The position numbers and the translations under genes are program-made. From Selaginella moellendorffii (lineage: Eukaryota; Plantae; Lycopodiophyta), in the NCBI RefSeq assembly GCF_000143415.4, contig NW_003314494.1, positions 1 to 29,518 of the forward strand: a DNA stretch of 29,518 nucleotides, written 5' to 3'. Below the pieces are notes generated by a model, which saw nothing but the letters and a program-made list of their open reading frames with translations, had not been told where the DNA came from and searched no databases. The number at the start of each line of letters is the position of its first letter. The first letter of the stretch is position 1. Below are positions 1 to 12,269 of this stretch, piece by piece.

Positions 1-811
1 ACAAGCTAGAAAGCACAGAGTACAAATTTAAAGAAGTGACAAGAATACTCTTTTTGCAAACATTTTATTTTATGTTCTAACAAACGTCTCTATCATTGCA
101 TGTAGTAAATATTTAAATTATTAAAACAAGAAGTGTCCTTTAGAACATTTTTATCTATATAATATATAAAGAGTTATGAAATTATTAAGTTCACCATAAC
201 TTTAAAATTTTAAAGTTTATAATGTTTGTACTAAATTATAATTGAAAATTGAGCTCAACTCGTGAGCTCAACTGTCCAACTCATGAGCTCAAGTATGGTC
301 TGCGCTCTGGATTGGGAAGTTATTAATTATTTTTTTTTAATTTCTAATATAGATGTAATATAAAATAAATAAGGAAGTATACAGTAACTTAAAAATGAAT
401 TTTTCTTACAGCATTATTTATTATATAGCTAGCAATATAATAATAATAATAAATAAATTTGCTCTAAATTATAAATAAATTATAAGAAAATATGTCTCTG
501 ATATATTATTTTTCAATTATAGTTAATCACTTGGATCCCTTGGAAATGATGAACTTCAAAAGATTACACAATGGCTAGTGCAAAATTTGTTTTATAATCT
601 TGTTGTAGAGTAACTAATAGAGCAACAATAGTATGCATAGCATTTTTAGTTTACTTTAGAAAATATAGTGTAAAGCATATACCTAAAATATTTAATATAT
701 AATAAAATATTCCTCATTCTAACGGTTATAATTTCTTGCTGTTAAACTTTTCTATAATTCATTTTTATCAAGATTTAATTCTAATATTCTTGGGGGATGG
801 GGAGGGGGGAC

Positions 812-1160
812 AGCTTCCTATTAGGTGTGTCTATCTTTATTTTACATTTGGCTTAGGTCTAAGCTTAAGATCCATACCATGTTAGCTAGTGGAGTATTTA
901 TATCCTTGCGCTAGACCATTAATATGTTGAAATAATGCTTTAGCTTTGTTTTACATGTTTGTTTTAATGTTGGGATGCTAAAAGTTTTAAGACTATTTTA
1001 ATGTTGTTTTGTACTCCTGTTTCATTGCTCTTTAGTTGCATATTCAAGAGTTGTTCCATACTTTTATTTTTTTGTTCATTAGGCATATGCTTAGGAGTTT
1101 GATTCTATCATTTTGTTTAGTGGCCTAAAGCCCTAAAACTTAGGTGTTGCCCTTAGCACA
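812..1160. repeat. Dispersed ~350-bp AT-rich repeat, copy 1 (copy 2 at ~1748-2110); probably decayed LTR/TE fragment
   Basis: Shared blocks AGCTTCYTATTAGGT...TTTGGCTTA...ATGCTAAAAG...TCAAGAGTT...TAGTGGCC..GCCCTAAAACTTAGGTG at both positions. Confidence 0.65.
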
Positions 1161-1199
1161 CATATCTCAAAAGTTAGGTCTGTTCCATTGCTATCCTAT

Positions 1200-1690
1200 A
1201 GTAATTAAAAGGTGAAAATCATATATGCTATAGATATAAAGATGATTTTGTCTTAAGTATATGCTAGAAGATAAAGAAGATTTTATCTTGAAGCATATGC
1301 TAAAAGATAACCATGCAAAGTAGAAGAGGATCCATATCAAAAGGTGGTAATATACCCATACAAACAATAATTTGATAGATATAAAGGAATTCAAAGTGCT
1401 CAACCATATGTTGTGTGGCATCAGAATTAATAATAAGAGTAAAAAACAACTAATAGTTAATAAAGCACCAGTAACATGAGTATGATTGTGTTGAAAATCC
1501 ATAGTTAAAAATAAAATAGGAGAAGATGAGTCATCAATAGTAGCATATGTCTATTGTTGTTATCCATTAGAACTAGTAGCAATATAAGCTTCAGAGACTT
1601 GCCATGGATGAGGAATAACATGAGAAATTGAATAAGTATTATTTAGATGTTGACAAAAAAATTAGGAAATACGGCCAAAACGATTCTAAA
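1200..1690 (-). pseudogene. Ty1/copia gag-protease remnant, copy 1
   Basis: Minus strand near 1403-1430 reads INSDATQHMV, matching the copia protease motif (I/L)DSGAxxHM; aligns by eye with 2735-2880 and 3165-3460. Confidence 0.6.
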
Positions 1691-1747
1691 TATATAGTAG
1701 GGATAGTGGGTAAGTTGGGCATGGTTGACCAACCTGAAACATTATCT

Positions 1748-2110
1748 AGCTTCTTATTAGGTATGTTCATTTTTGTTTTACGTTTGGCTTAAGTTTAAGC
1801 CCAAACTTTGTACTATATTAGCTGGTGGAATATTTTTATGTTAGGCCACTATTATGCTAAAATAGTCTTTTAGCTCCATTTTATGTGATAGTCTTGATAT
1901 TGGAATGCTAAAAGCTCTATTCCTTATTCCTTATTTGTTCTTATTCCTTTGTTCATTAGCTTTATATATACTCAAGAGTTTTATTCATCATTTTATTTAT
2001 TCACTCTTATTCCTTTGTTCATTGGTTATATATATACTCAAGAGTTTTGTTCATCCCTTTTTTTAGTGGCCAAGGCCCTAAAACTTAGGTGCCACTCTAT
2101 TGCCATTAGC
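1748..2110. repeat. Dispersed AT-rich repeat, copy 2, with a small internal duplication
   Basis: Similar to 812-1160; CTTATTCCTTTGTTCATT...TATATATACTCAAGAGTTTT occurs twice (about 1940-1983 and 2006-2048). Confidence 0.65.
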
Positions 2111-2117
2111 GCATACG

Positions 2118-2157
<40 letters not shown>
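2118..2157. repeat. Compound microsatellite (CA)n(TA)n
   Basis: Read directly from the sequence. Confidence 0.95.
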
Positions 2158-2199
2158 AGCTTTTAAATTTGGATTTCTCATGATGTCATTAAGCCCAAT

Positions 2200-3100
2200 A
2201 CTATTCAACATTTAAACTTAAGGACACTTAACCCTAAATATTTTGAAACCTTTAATTGATTGAAAAAAAGGGGTACACTTTTATTCATCCCTTTATATTT
2301 GAACTATATAGATCATCTCTCAAGTCATTCCCTTTAGTTATTTACAATTCATTACGTTTCTTTATAAGTTCTTTATAGATGCAGCTTTCTTGACACTGTA
2401 CAAGTCAAGCTTAATTGGAATAAATTAGACTTGCTAAATGTTAATCTCAACATATGGTATAATTCCTCTAGCCAACTGAAAGTTAAACCCAAGATCCCTC
2501 TAATATTAAATGTAAGCTCATAAATTTAAACTTTTTGGGAGGTCATCCAACTTAGGTTATTCAAACGCAAGAATATTTAACCCCAAGTATTCCAAGACCT
2601 CTAACTGGTTACACTTTTATTTATGGGCCCTTTCCCCTTATATTTGAATATCATATATCATTTCTCGAGTCATTCCTATTAGTTGTTTACAATATGTTTC
2701 AAGAGATATGGTCATTTTATAATAATTAACTATAGGCTATAAGGTGAAAATCATATGTATTACATATATAAAGATGATTTTGTTGTGAAATATATATATA
2801 AAAATAAGATCATGCAAAGTAAAAGAGTATCCATAACAATCAAAAGTTGGTAATATACTCATGTTTACAATACAAGCAATAGATAAAATATTAGTGTGAA
2901 GGGATGGAATTATAAACTTTTAAATTTAAATTTCTTGGGAAGTCATCAAACCTATTACTACTCAACTAAAAGATATGTATTAAGTATTCCAAAACCCTTA
3001 ATTGATTGGAAAATAAAATACACTTTTGTTCATAAGCCTTTTCCCTTTGTATTTAAATCTTTACATATCATTTCTCAAATTATTCTTTTTGGTTGATTAC
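2200..3100. repeat. Three diverged ~150-200-bp repeats (about 2200-2350, 2505-2695, 2905-3100)
   Basis: Recurring TACACTTTT...CCYTT..ATTT.AA...ATAT.ATCAT.TCTC.A.T.ATTC...TTRTTTACAA blocks. Confidence 0.55.
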
Positions 3101-3164
3101 AGAAATATAAAAAACTCTCTTGAGAAAAAGAGAGTTTTAAATTTGTATCCTAAATAACTTGGAT

Positions 3165-3780
3165 AATCATAAAGGAATTCAAAGTACTCAACCATATATT
3201 ATGTGGCATCAGAGTCAACATTAAGAGTAAAAGAAGAACTAATAGTCAATAAAACACCAGTAATATAAGCATGATAAGAATCCTTAGTTAAAGACAAAAT
3301 AGGAGAAGATGATTCATCGATAGTAGTATATACTTGTTGCTGTTATCCACTAGAACTAGTAGCAATATAAGCTTAAGGGAGTTGCCATGGATGAAGAATA
3401 ACATGAGAAATTGAACAAGTATTATTTAGGTATTGATAACAAAATTAAAAAATATGGTTAGAACGATGATAAAACCCAGAAGATTGATGATAAAGGCATG
3501 CTTATCAACCATAATTATAACAACTATTGCCCAAACCACCATAAGAATGAAATGAATTTTATTAAAAAGAGAACCACTTATTTGAAACATGAGCATTAAT
3601 AGATGGTGACTGAGAGTAAAGTGTCGGGGGAAGCATATTGAACAACAATTCTAATCACAAATTGCAGTAAGAGCAATCTTAAAATTATAATGATCATTCA
3701 TCATAAGATTAGTAACCACAATAGAATACTTTAAAGGAAGAGTGTTCAAAAACCAAAGAAAGCAATCCTCAAGGGTAAGA
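3165..3780 (-). pseudogene. Ty1/copia gag-protease remnant, copy 2
   Basis: Minus strand VDSDAT*YMV at about 3190-3220; clear similarity to 1380-1680; many stops. Confidence 0.6.
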
Positions 3781-3821
3781 GTCATATCTCAGCTGTAAGT
3801 CTAGTTATATCATATAGCCTT

Positions 3822-4178
3822 TGTGATATTGCTTGGATCTATAATTCTTAGGTGAAAACTTGATGAAGTTCTTTGGTGTAGTTTGGATTGCAATTGCGAC
3901 TAATTGCACTAGTCTACTGTTGTAGTTGCAAAATGACAAAGGGCTTTTGATGTCATTGATCTTGTGTTGGTACAGTAATTCTCGCCCTAGAACAAGCTAC
4001 CAAACACAGGAATCAATTAAAAACTAACTTGAGATCTTCAATGCTCAAGAAGGCTCATGCAAATGGTTGTGAGTAAGGATAGGCTTGATATTACTAGAAT
4101 ACTCCAAGTCGTGAGAAAATGAATGTGCATTGGTCATAAGCTGGAATACAATAGAGAAGTGCTAACTCTCCCCTTTAA
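3822..4178 (-). mobile_element. Possible 3' LTR plus PPT of the minus-strand Ty3/gypsy remnant
   Basis: Purine tract AAAGGGGAGAG on the minus strand at about 4168-4178, downstream of the integrase remnant; a possible ...CA end at 3822; no partner LTR in the window. Confidence 0.3.
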
Positions 4179-4949
4179 TTACTCTTACATGGTGGCAACT
4201 GCCACTTCTTCATGAGTCATGATCGTCAACTACGAAGCTTTGCACTTTTTTTAGCGAGCTGGTCATTGATGCATTGTGTTTCCGCACATACTGTCCTCTA
4301 GGACATATCTCTAGAGTTAGGATTTTGCTCTTTGCAATGGAGTGTCAAGTTTGAGTCCTTGTGGTAACTTTCTTGAGTTTTTTCTTTGTTGGTGTGGTAG
4401 TGTTGGAGAAGCTTGCTTTATGTTGGTCTTTGGCATGTTTGTTAATGAGTCTTATGACATTTGTTAGTATCTAAATCTTGTTTTGGGTCAAAGTTCTTCA
4501 AATTATTATTTTTCTTCATGTTGTTTTCTTGAGCTTGATTTTTCAGAGTTTTTCTTGTGTTGGATTTGAGCTTTGTGTTTTTTTATTGTGTTGAGTTCTT
4601 GAGCTTGAACTTTGTAAATCTTAAATGTGTTGAAATTTTGAGTTTGAGTTTTCATAGTCTTGATCTTTTGATCTTCATGCCTGTAGTTCTTCTTGATATT
4701 TCATTCTTGATCTTTAAAATTGAAACCTTCATTTCTTTTAAGATTGTTGTTGATGATGTTTGAGTCGTATGATTGGTATTTCTTAAGCTTGTTAAGGTTG
4801 ATGGTTTGGAGATGTTTGCCATCGAATGTTGCAATTGTTCCCATTCCTGGAGCTTTGAATTTTTTAATGAGGAATGGTCCTTCTCATCTTGACTTCACTT
4901 TCGAGCCGATTTTCTCAATGTTTTTTAGAAACCAAAGTACTTGATCATT

Positions 4950-6268
4950 GATCTTGAATTCTTTATTTTTCTTTAATTTTCTCTTTTAGTCATGGTTGGA
5001 TTTTCTTCAAGCTTAAATGGCTTCGAGTGTCTAAATTGCTTATAGTTTTTCTTTATCGACTAGTTTTTTTTTAATTGATTCTTCTTGGTTGATCTCGTAG
5101 TGTATTGCCATTCACAATGAAGGACGATGTACTTGAGTGGTGTTAGGGCTTCTAAGTCATAAGCAAGCTTGAATAATGTCGAATTTGTTGAAACCTTGTA
5201 TGTTGTTCAATATACCCATAAGGTATTGTAAATATGATTGTCCCAATCTTTCTAATTTGTTTTTATGATTTTCTTGAGGATGTTCTTAAGTGTCTTGTTT
5301 GTCAACTCTGTTTAACCGTTGCCTTGAGGGTAGTATGGTGTTAAAACCTTATGCTTGTTTCTCTTGAAGCTTGTTATGAGTAGTCCAAAGAAGTCGAGTC
5401 CTTATCGTTAAAATGGTTCTAGTGGTGTTGTTAGATGAAGCTCTTAAATTTGTTTCTTTGATGTGTACTTGGTTTGTTGACAAATGTTGCATTCTTGACA
5501 AAATTTTACTAAATTATGCCAAAGTGTTAGCCACCAGAGTCCTACTTGCAAAATCTTGTGAGCTGTGATTTCTTCTGTGAAGTGGCCTCTTGCTTGTCCA
5601 TAGTGGGCTTCTCCAAGTAGATCTTGAGTTCTTCAAGTTGTACACATCTTCGTAGCACATTGTCTCGTCCTTTTTTGTACAATCTTCCTCCCATGACTGA
5701 ATACCTCAAGGCAAATTGTTTACGGTGATTAGAGATGGAGTATTGATTTGGAATTATTGTTGTTATTAGGTAGTAGTAGATGTCATTTGTCCATGTTGAT
5801 GATGTGTGGATGCAAAGTATGTTGGAGTTAGGAAAGTCGTCCATATTATATTTTAGTTGTTCACTAGTTGTAATGTAGCTAAGGTGGTTGGTTTATACAT
5901 GTTGTTTGCCAGGTTTGTGAATAATCTTGAAGTTGTATTCTTGAAGTAATAAGAACCATTAGGTAATTCTACTGGTGAAGATGGTCTTGTTGAGGAGATG
6001 TAAAAGTGCTTTGTAGTTAACAATGATCTTGACTTTGGTGCCGAGTAGGTAGTGTCAAAACTTTTATAGTGCATAGACCATTGCTAAAACTTCTTTTTTA
6101 GTGGTAGCTGAGTTGAGTCTTCAGCTCGCATAATAAATTGGTTGGTCTTTGAGGTCTTATTGTTGTTGAGAAAGTATTGCTCTGATGGCATAATCAAAGG
6201 TGTCAATGTGTATTGAAGTCTTTGTCCTAGTTTGGTTGGGCAAGTATTGGAGCCCTTGTTAAGGAATT
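4950..6268 (-). pseudogene. Degenerate Ty3/gypsy pol (RNase H + integrase)
   Basis: Minus-strand peptides TTEKEVLAMVYAL..HYLLG, WFLLLQEYNFKIIHKPGKQH, GGRLYKKGRDNVLRRCV and YYPQGNG; many stops and frameshifts; interrupted at 6268 by another LTR. Confidence 0.85.
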
Positions 6269-6654
6269 TGTTAGGAACCCCCAATTCTTGCCACATTCTT
6301 GACTCTTGCCAAATTCCTGACCCACAGACCACATTCCTGACTCTCAAGACACGACCACATTCCTGACTCTTAAGACACTTCCCTATTCCTGACTCTTTGA
6401 TTTCCTGTATGATTCCTGATTCTCGGACCACATTGCTGATGATGATGTGGCACCTCCTCGACCTCAGTTATATTTAGACTGTCCTCGATCCAAGAGTGTT
6501 GAAGCTTCATCAACCTATAGTATATATAGGTTAGCCTTGTTCCATTTCTTCACAATATGAATCAACACTAGTCTAAGGCCTTTTCTTCATCTCCACTAGC
6601 TTTTCTCTTTGTCTTTTGCATTTTCCAGTCCTGATCTTATTGGGGGTCTTGACA
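6269..6654 (+). mobile_element. 5' LTR (386 bp) of a chromovirus-like Ty3/gypsy element
   Basis: TGTTAGGAACCCCC ... GGGGGTCTTGACA imperfect terminal inverted repeat; TATATA box at 6521; U3 tandem motifs CACATTCCTGACTCT (6292-6430); gag follows directly. Confidence 0.8.
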
Positions 6655-6671
6655 GTTTGATTCAAATTGTG
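6655..6671 (+). promoter_or_regulatory. Self-priming (Tf1/sushi-type) primer binding site
   Basis: GTTTGATTCAAATTGTG is near-complementary to CACAATATGAATCAAC (6551-6566) inside the LTR; there is no TGG tRNA-type PBS. Confidence 0.65.
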
Positions 6672-6696
6672 CTTTCTGCTTTTGTTTTAGCTCAAG

Positions 6697-7307
6697 ATGA
6701 GTTTCCCGGCGATGTTCTCAAGCAAGCGTTTGGAGCTTCGCAGATTCCTGAACCAGATGGAGCTGATCTTTGCACTTCAACATCGGTGGTACCCCACTCT
6801 CGAGTCTCAAATCGGCACGATCGGGACATTGGTCAAAGGTGCAGCTTTGTCATGGTTTTCTCCTCTCCTGGAGAAGAGCATGAAAGGGGTCATGGTTCTG
6901 GAGCTGATGGATCTTCAGTTGTTCAAAGAGGATCTTGAAGCATGTTTTGGTGAGATAGATTGGGTTTGGGCTACCACCACAAAGATGAGACGTCTCTCTC
7001 AGGGGTCTCATCTTGCCTCAATCTATGCTACAGAGTTCCAACTCCTTGCCTTGGATACTCAATGGGATGAGCGGGCCTTGATTGATCAATTTCGTTTTGG
7101 CCTCAACAACAGTGTCAAGGATTTGTTGCTCACCATGGAGGATCCCACAGACTTGTCGGATGCCATCAACAAAGCTATTTGATGTGATAATCGTTTCTTT
7201 GAACGTTGTTAGGAAAGTCACCACACCACCGTTTTCCCGTCCCAGACTCAGGAATCCCAACTTGAGTCTTTGGGGCATACTCCTGAACCTACTACTCCAG
7301 TCCTAAT
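6697..7307 (+). pseudogene. gag: Retrotransposon gag (Ty3/gypsy, chromovirus-like), truncated
   Basis: RFLNQMELIF..GAALSWF..L.QG...YATEF..LA.DTQWDERALIDQFRFGL..VKDLL capsid motifs; the frame continues through stops (*CDNRFFER) to P-V at about 7302, where the usual PMEID motif is cut off. Confidence 0.85.
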
Positions 7308-7738
7308 AAGCTCTATTTCGTTAAAGTGGGAATTGTCATTATCCCACTTGTAAAATAAGGTTTCCAAACCTTTATATAGTATATAAATATAACAAAATTC
7401 AACTGCATTGAGGCACATGCCATTTTATTTTAAACAAGGAAATGTCTACTCAATCACTTCTCACTGCTTCACCTCTCTCTTCTCCTTGTCATCGTCGTCC
7501 AATTTCTTTCCATCCTTTTAATATTGGCTCAGTTGCTCCGAGTCTAGGTGGAGCCCAAGTCCCCATTCAATCTTTACTTTCCCCTTATTAATAAAACAAC
7601 TTCGTAGACTTCCAATAACATGCTGTAACACTTCTAGTATAATGCAAATCCTCTCAAAGAATTGTCTTTTAATATTAATACAATGGCATGGAACCCCATG
7701 CCATAATAAGTTACATTTTTAAATAAATACATGCCATC

Positions 7739-8601
7739 TCAGACTGTTATTTTTTGCCTCCAACGCCTATACAATAATCTTGGAATTTCATCACTCTCCA
7801 CACTATCAGGATTTAAACCCAATAGTAATGCCATCTCTTCTCTAATACGTCCACGCTCATGTTCAGTGGTCGAAGAACCCATCCGGTTGAGCAGATTATG
7901 GAGATGCGGATAGTGCTTGGCTAGACAATATACATGCCATAAATGATGACTGGTGTCTGTCCGATCAAATGGCTTCTGATATACCGTTCCATCTGCCATT
8001 TGGTTGATTTCTGCAGCCACCTCCTGGACTGGCCGGTTCTCTATCACCATCGCTTCAAGCCGTTTTGCAAGGTCCCCCAGAACATACGGTTTCTTCTCCC
8101 TAGTTTCCATACTGCAAGAGATGGGGTGCACTGCATATGTGTGCGTGTTCGCTGCAGTTTTAATCGGCAAGTCATCGATGATGAGGATTTCACTTGACCT
8201 AGCAGTCCGGTTCATCACTACAGCCTCTGCCTTGACGAAGATGGGCTTGCTACCCCTCACATGGACCATAGTCAAGCAATCCTCCTGCGTTAGGAGAAAG
8301 TCAAATGGTAATATTACTCGCGTCTGATCGTGCATCATCTGTAGCAACGTTAATGCATTGTGGCGCATCATGGATGTCCAAACTCCCAATTGCAAATTGA
8401 ACCCGGCCCTCTGTTTTAAGTGTCGCATGGTCATTATTAGATCCCGCAGTTTCTCCCGTGTGATTAATGTGAATCTGTCTCTTTTGACCAACTTGCGACC
8501 GCAGGCTTTGGAGGGTGCAGTGACATTCGAGGACGAGCCACGCTCATGGGAGAAAAGGACACCGTTCAGATCAAAAACGATACAGTACTTTCGCCGTGAC
8601 T
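7739..8601 (-). CDS. Last exon: FCP1/NIF (CTD-phosphatase-like) HAD-fold domain
   Basis: CIVFDLNGVL (motif I, DLNG variant), LGVWTSMMRHNA, FDFLLTQEDC, KPIFVK, ILIIDDLPIK..N....HP, in NIF-family order. Confidence 0.85.
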
Positions 8602-8739
8602 CTGAAATGAAATGCGTTAGCATAAAAAATGGTACAAGTCAATTTTACCATCTACAATATTAGCGAATGGTGCTCCCGATGGTCGTTCAGAGGGTTTTGG
8701 TCGAGGAAACGTGAAGGGCGGAAATACTCTCCTCTGCAA

Positions 8740-9095
8740 TGTGGGGTCAATCGCATCCGATGGCGTGTGGGCACATGCCATTTCAGCTGTAGACTCTGGT
8801 ACAACTGGCTCAACAGTGGCATGGGGTGGTTCCGATGGCGTGTGATCACACGCCATTTCAGCTGGTGCCTCCGTTGGCAAAGTGGACATGACCGAACAGG
8901 CAGCAGGGGCGGTGTAGGGAGGTTCCAATGGCGCGTAGTCAGACGATTGGGCACACGTTGGAAATGAGGATACGACCGGCTCGGCGGCTGGGGCGGCCTG
9001 ATGCGGGTCCAATGGCGCCTGGTCACCGTCAGTTGGATACGTGGACAAGATTGACTCAGTGGTATGGGCAGCATCAAGTGGAGCGTGGTCAGCTT
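8740..9095 (-). repeat. About five ~25-codon Pro/Ala-rich coding repeats
   Basis: DHAPLDAAHT / DQAPLDPHQA / DYAPLEPPYT / DHTPSEPPHA / AHTPSDA. Confidence 0.7.
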
Positions 9096-9500
9096 GCTTG
9101 GCGTTGATATGGATAGTAGCCTCCACCAGCTCTGATGACTCTTGCAGGCAAGTAGAGTCCACTGGCGGATCCATATGCATGTCCAAATATCTCCCTTCGA
9201 TTGAGATGGTATCCTCCCGTGCTACTAAAAACAAACTCATTAGCACATTGAATCGACTATACTGTATTTACCATCAACTGCTATTGAGGAACTAGAACCG
9301 ATATCACTTGGGCGCACTGCTGATTCTGAAGGATTGGACATACGTTTCGACCCTTGCTTGGCACTATCCTTCCTCGACACTAAAGGCTAGAGTTTGTATC
9401 TTAATTCAACTGAATAATCTCTACTTACCATTTCTTCTGCGACCTACATGGACAATGTTAGAAATGGTAAAAGGTTAGGAATGGATGTACTATTATTTAC

Positions 9501-10037
9501 CTGATGGTTTGTCTTGTATGACCTTCCTCCGCTGCTCTTTGGCCACCTCAGGCTGGCCATCATCGTCATCATCGTCATCGTCGTTATTGTGATCGTCACC
9601 ATTGTGAGGACCATCCAAGTCCTCTTCGTCCTCCTCTTCTTCGTCCTCCTCTTCGTCCTTCTGCTCTTCCTGCTCATTATCTTTCTCTGGCTCCTCATCC
9701 CCCTCTTGCATTTCTTCCATAGGCTGCTCAGGCTGGATTGCTTGTTTTTCCAGGACCATCTTGGAAAAATCATCTGGCCGAGTCTCCATCTCAAAATACA
9801 AGACATCCATAGCCTGTTTTAGTGCGTGACCTAGGACCGTATCCTCACTCGACTGTCTTAACATGGTTTCTGCACGTTCTTGCACCCTTCGAAGACGACG
9901 AGATGAGAAAAACGTGGCCCTGACTTGAAAAGCATCCCTCATCCATTGTACCTCTCCATTGAGATTGGGGAAGGGGAGTCCGCCATAGGAATCTGAGTCA
10001 GAAGGTGGTGACTGGCTCCTTTCACTCAGCCCTTGAT
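9501..10037 (-). CDS. Exon with long Asp/Glu-rich tract
   Basis: EEQKDEEEDEEEEDEEDLD...DDDDDDDD; flanked by canonical splice sites. Confidence 0.75.
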
Positions 10038-10530
10038 CTGCAATGAATGGCATGAGCACACACGCCATAACCGCGAGGCATTACCTATCATCTTTTCGTT
10101 GCCCTTCTTCCTTTTCGAATCAAACGCCTCTGATCCCGACGACTGTCCAACGTGCTTTCGCTTTTTATGACCACTGTCAGTTTGAGCTTGGCTGGTGCTT
10201 GCCTGTTTTGCCTTTGAAGAAGTGTCTCCTGCAAGGAATGGCATGAGACCACACGCCATTGCAAATATAATTTGTACCTCCTTTTTTCCTATTGCTTGTC
10301 TGTTTGTCCTTCTTCGACGCGCCACCAGTGCGCTTTTCAGTCCTCGTGTCTGAATATTCACAACGATCTATAATCAAAATGGCGTGAGGCCTCACGTGAC
10401 CTTACCTTGTGTAGGTTGTGACCTCGGCCTAACATCAGTAGCTGTTAACGCCGTTTCAGCATCTGGGGGTGGCCACGCTCCTGCATACAGAGCTTGTGAG
10501 ATAACATTTAAACTTAAAGTGCGTACTCAC

Positions 10531-11170
10531 CAGGTTCGTAGAGAAGATACTGTTTTTCTTTGGCAACTGTAATTATATGCTCCATTGAAGTCACCTCTTC
10601 AATGGAGTTTGTCACTGCAACACACGGGACACCCTTGAGTAGTGCGGCTCGAAAGAATAGTCCGCCGCAGTTGTACTCGACAACGCATTTGCCCTTGGAG
10701 TCACCCGCTATTGCGTTGAAGACCCAGCTGAGCATTTCCCATGCTGCACCTGGAGCTTTCTTTGGATTCGAAAGCTCCATAGCCGTCTTCAGTTCCTCAG
10801 GCACGGGTAAATTGACCTCCCTCAGATCAATTCGATCGGCTTTGTTGAACGAAGCTGGGAAGTCACTCCAGTCCCACTCTGCTGCAGGACCAATAACAAG
10901 GGCGACTGTGAAGATGCGGACATTCGTCGGTATCTTCTTCTTAGCCATTATCCCATGGATCTCCCGCATCTCCTTGCCTTTCAACCGAGCCTTCACCTCG
11001 TTCAAGGCCTTCCAGAACTTGTGATAGGATTCGGAGTCGTAGATCATATAGTGGACTGAAGATTCCACCTCCGCAAGTCCCACCATTAAGTCAATGATGG
11101 AGCTGCACTTGGTCTGCATGAGTGATCTCCTCGTTTGTGAAGTCCATCACACAAAAGATGTTCTTGACCT
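10531..11170 (-). pseudogene. Degenerate beta-class N4C/N6A DNA methyltransferase-like domain
   Basis: EMLSWVFNAIAGDSKGKCVVEYNCGGLFFRAALLKGVPCVAV resembles L..li..s..gd.VlDpF.GsGtt..Aa...gr..ig; upstream IFCVMDF is at the position expected for motif IV but lacks DPPY/SPPY. Confidence 0.45.
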
Positions 11171-11999
11171 GCTCATCTCCGCGGGAAACGATGCTCCTCC
11201 ACCTTTGATCCTCATCCGAATTCACGTATACCCGGTAAGGTTCTCGATAGGCCTCTGCTGCGGGGTCGAGCTGTTTCTGAAGCCGGCGGTCGACATCCCT
11301 CTTAATGAAATTTGGATACTAATCCAACTTCTCAGCTTTACTTTTCGTGGCATCCCGCAGCAGATCGATGAACTTGGGGGCCCCCTTCACGTACTCGTCG
11401 ATGTCTTCATTTGACAAGTCCAGCTCTTCCATCATCTCTTGCGTGGTGTCGATGCTCACCCTCGCCACGGCCACTTGCTCGAAGATCCAATCCTTCAATA
11501 GCGCACGAGCTCTCAGAGTCGTGCACAAGTCCTCGTATGTCACAATATGGCCGGGAGTCATTTTGGTCTTGTTGAAGACTACCTCACCAAGTAGAAGAGC
11601 ATTAGCCACTGTCAGAAGGTCGTCGTTGTCTAGAGACCGCGAGAAACGCAAGGCGTTGAGCTTCAAATCATTGGGCTTCCGGCCGTCCTCCACACCCATT
11701 GAGTTTAGCAACTCCCCGTCATGGTACCTCCTTAGCACATCTACCCATTTGTCAAAAACAACTTTTGTCGCGAGTAGAATGTTATGGATGCTGAGTGTGT
11801 CATTGACCCCCAGTGTTTTCGAGAGAAGACTCGAGAATTCCTGCAATGGAAATGGCGTGAGGCCACATGCTATGCCACATGCAACGAGGCTTACCTGCCA
11901 GGCGCTAGTTGCTAGTGCACGTCCTTGTCCTGGTTTTTGTGGCTTCTTCAGTTGAACCCAGAGCTTCCGTGTTCGTGCCAATGTCTCGTGCAGACCCGA

Positions 12000-12269
12000 T
12001 TTGTAGCACGTTTCTTGCTTGACATTCTGCGCGTGGGAGATGTATATGATAGATCGGAGGGGCGAGTTGCCTTTTATCAGGCGGACAACTCTTGTCTTGA
12101 AGACTTTCTTCACTTCCTCGCCCACCATAATATCCACAACTATCTGTTGCATCGCCAAGCTAGAATGCTGCCCGGAGACGGCATAGAACCGGATGTTCTG
12201 ATCGTCCAACACCTTCCTATTGATCAAGTCTGGAAACCTCGTCTCGCCCTTCATTGTTCGGTAGTAGGG
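12000..12269 (-). pseudogene. ParB/Srx-like domain, C-terminal half (N-terminal half at 23249-23400; duplicate at 21199-21468)
   Basis: FYAVSGQHSSLAM (GxxR-box equivalent) and ISHAQNVKQE (EN..R equivalent); joins in frame to ...DIADVIP-Y-YRTMKG. Confidence 0.7.

Noticed and set aside
249-292. TGAGCTCAA triplet, partly palindromic
   Set aside because: Too short and isolated to assign; unrelated to the 22-bp motif
7445-7630. Coding-looking minus-strand stretch (KVKIEWGLGLHLDSEQL...DDDDKEKREVK)
   Set aside because: Short, contains stops, and I could not link it to the gene model by splice sites
10038-11894. Palindrome-containing introns as introner elements
   Set aside because: The introns share little beyond the motif, show no TSD/TIR at their edges, and the motif also occurs in exons and intergenic DNA
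10560-11955. Plus-strand ORFs opposite the cargo gene (and minus-strand ORFs opposite the transposase)
   Set aside because: Antisense shadows with no recognisable motifs
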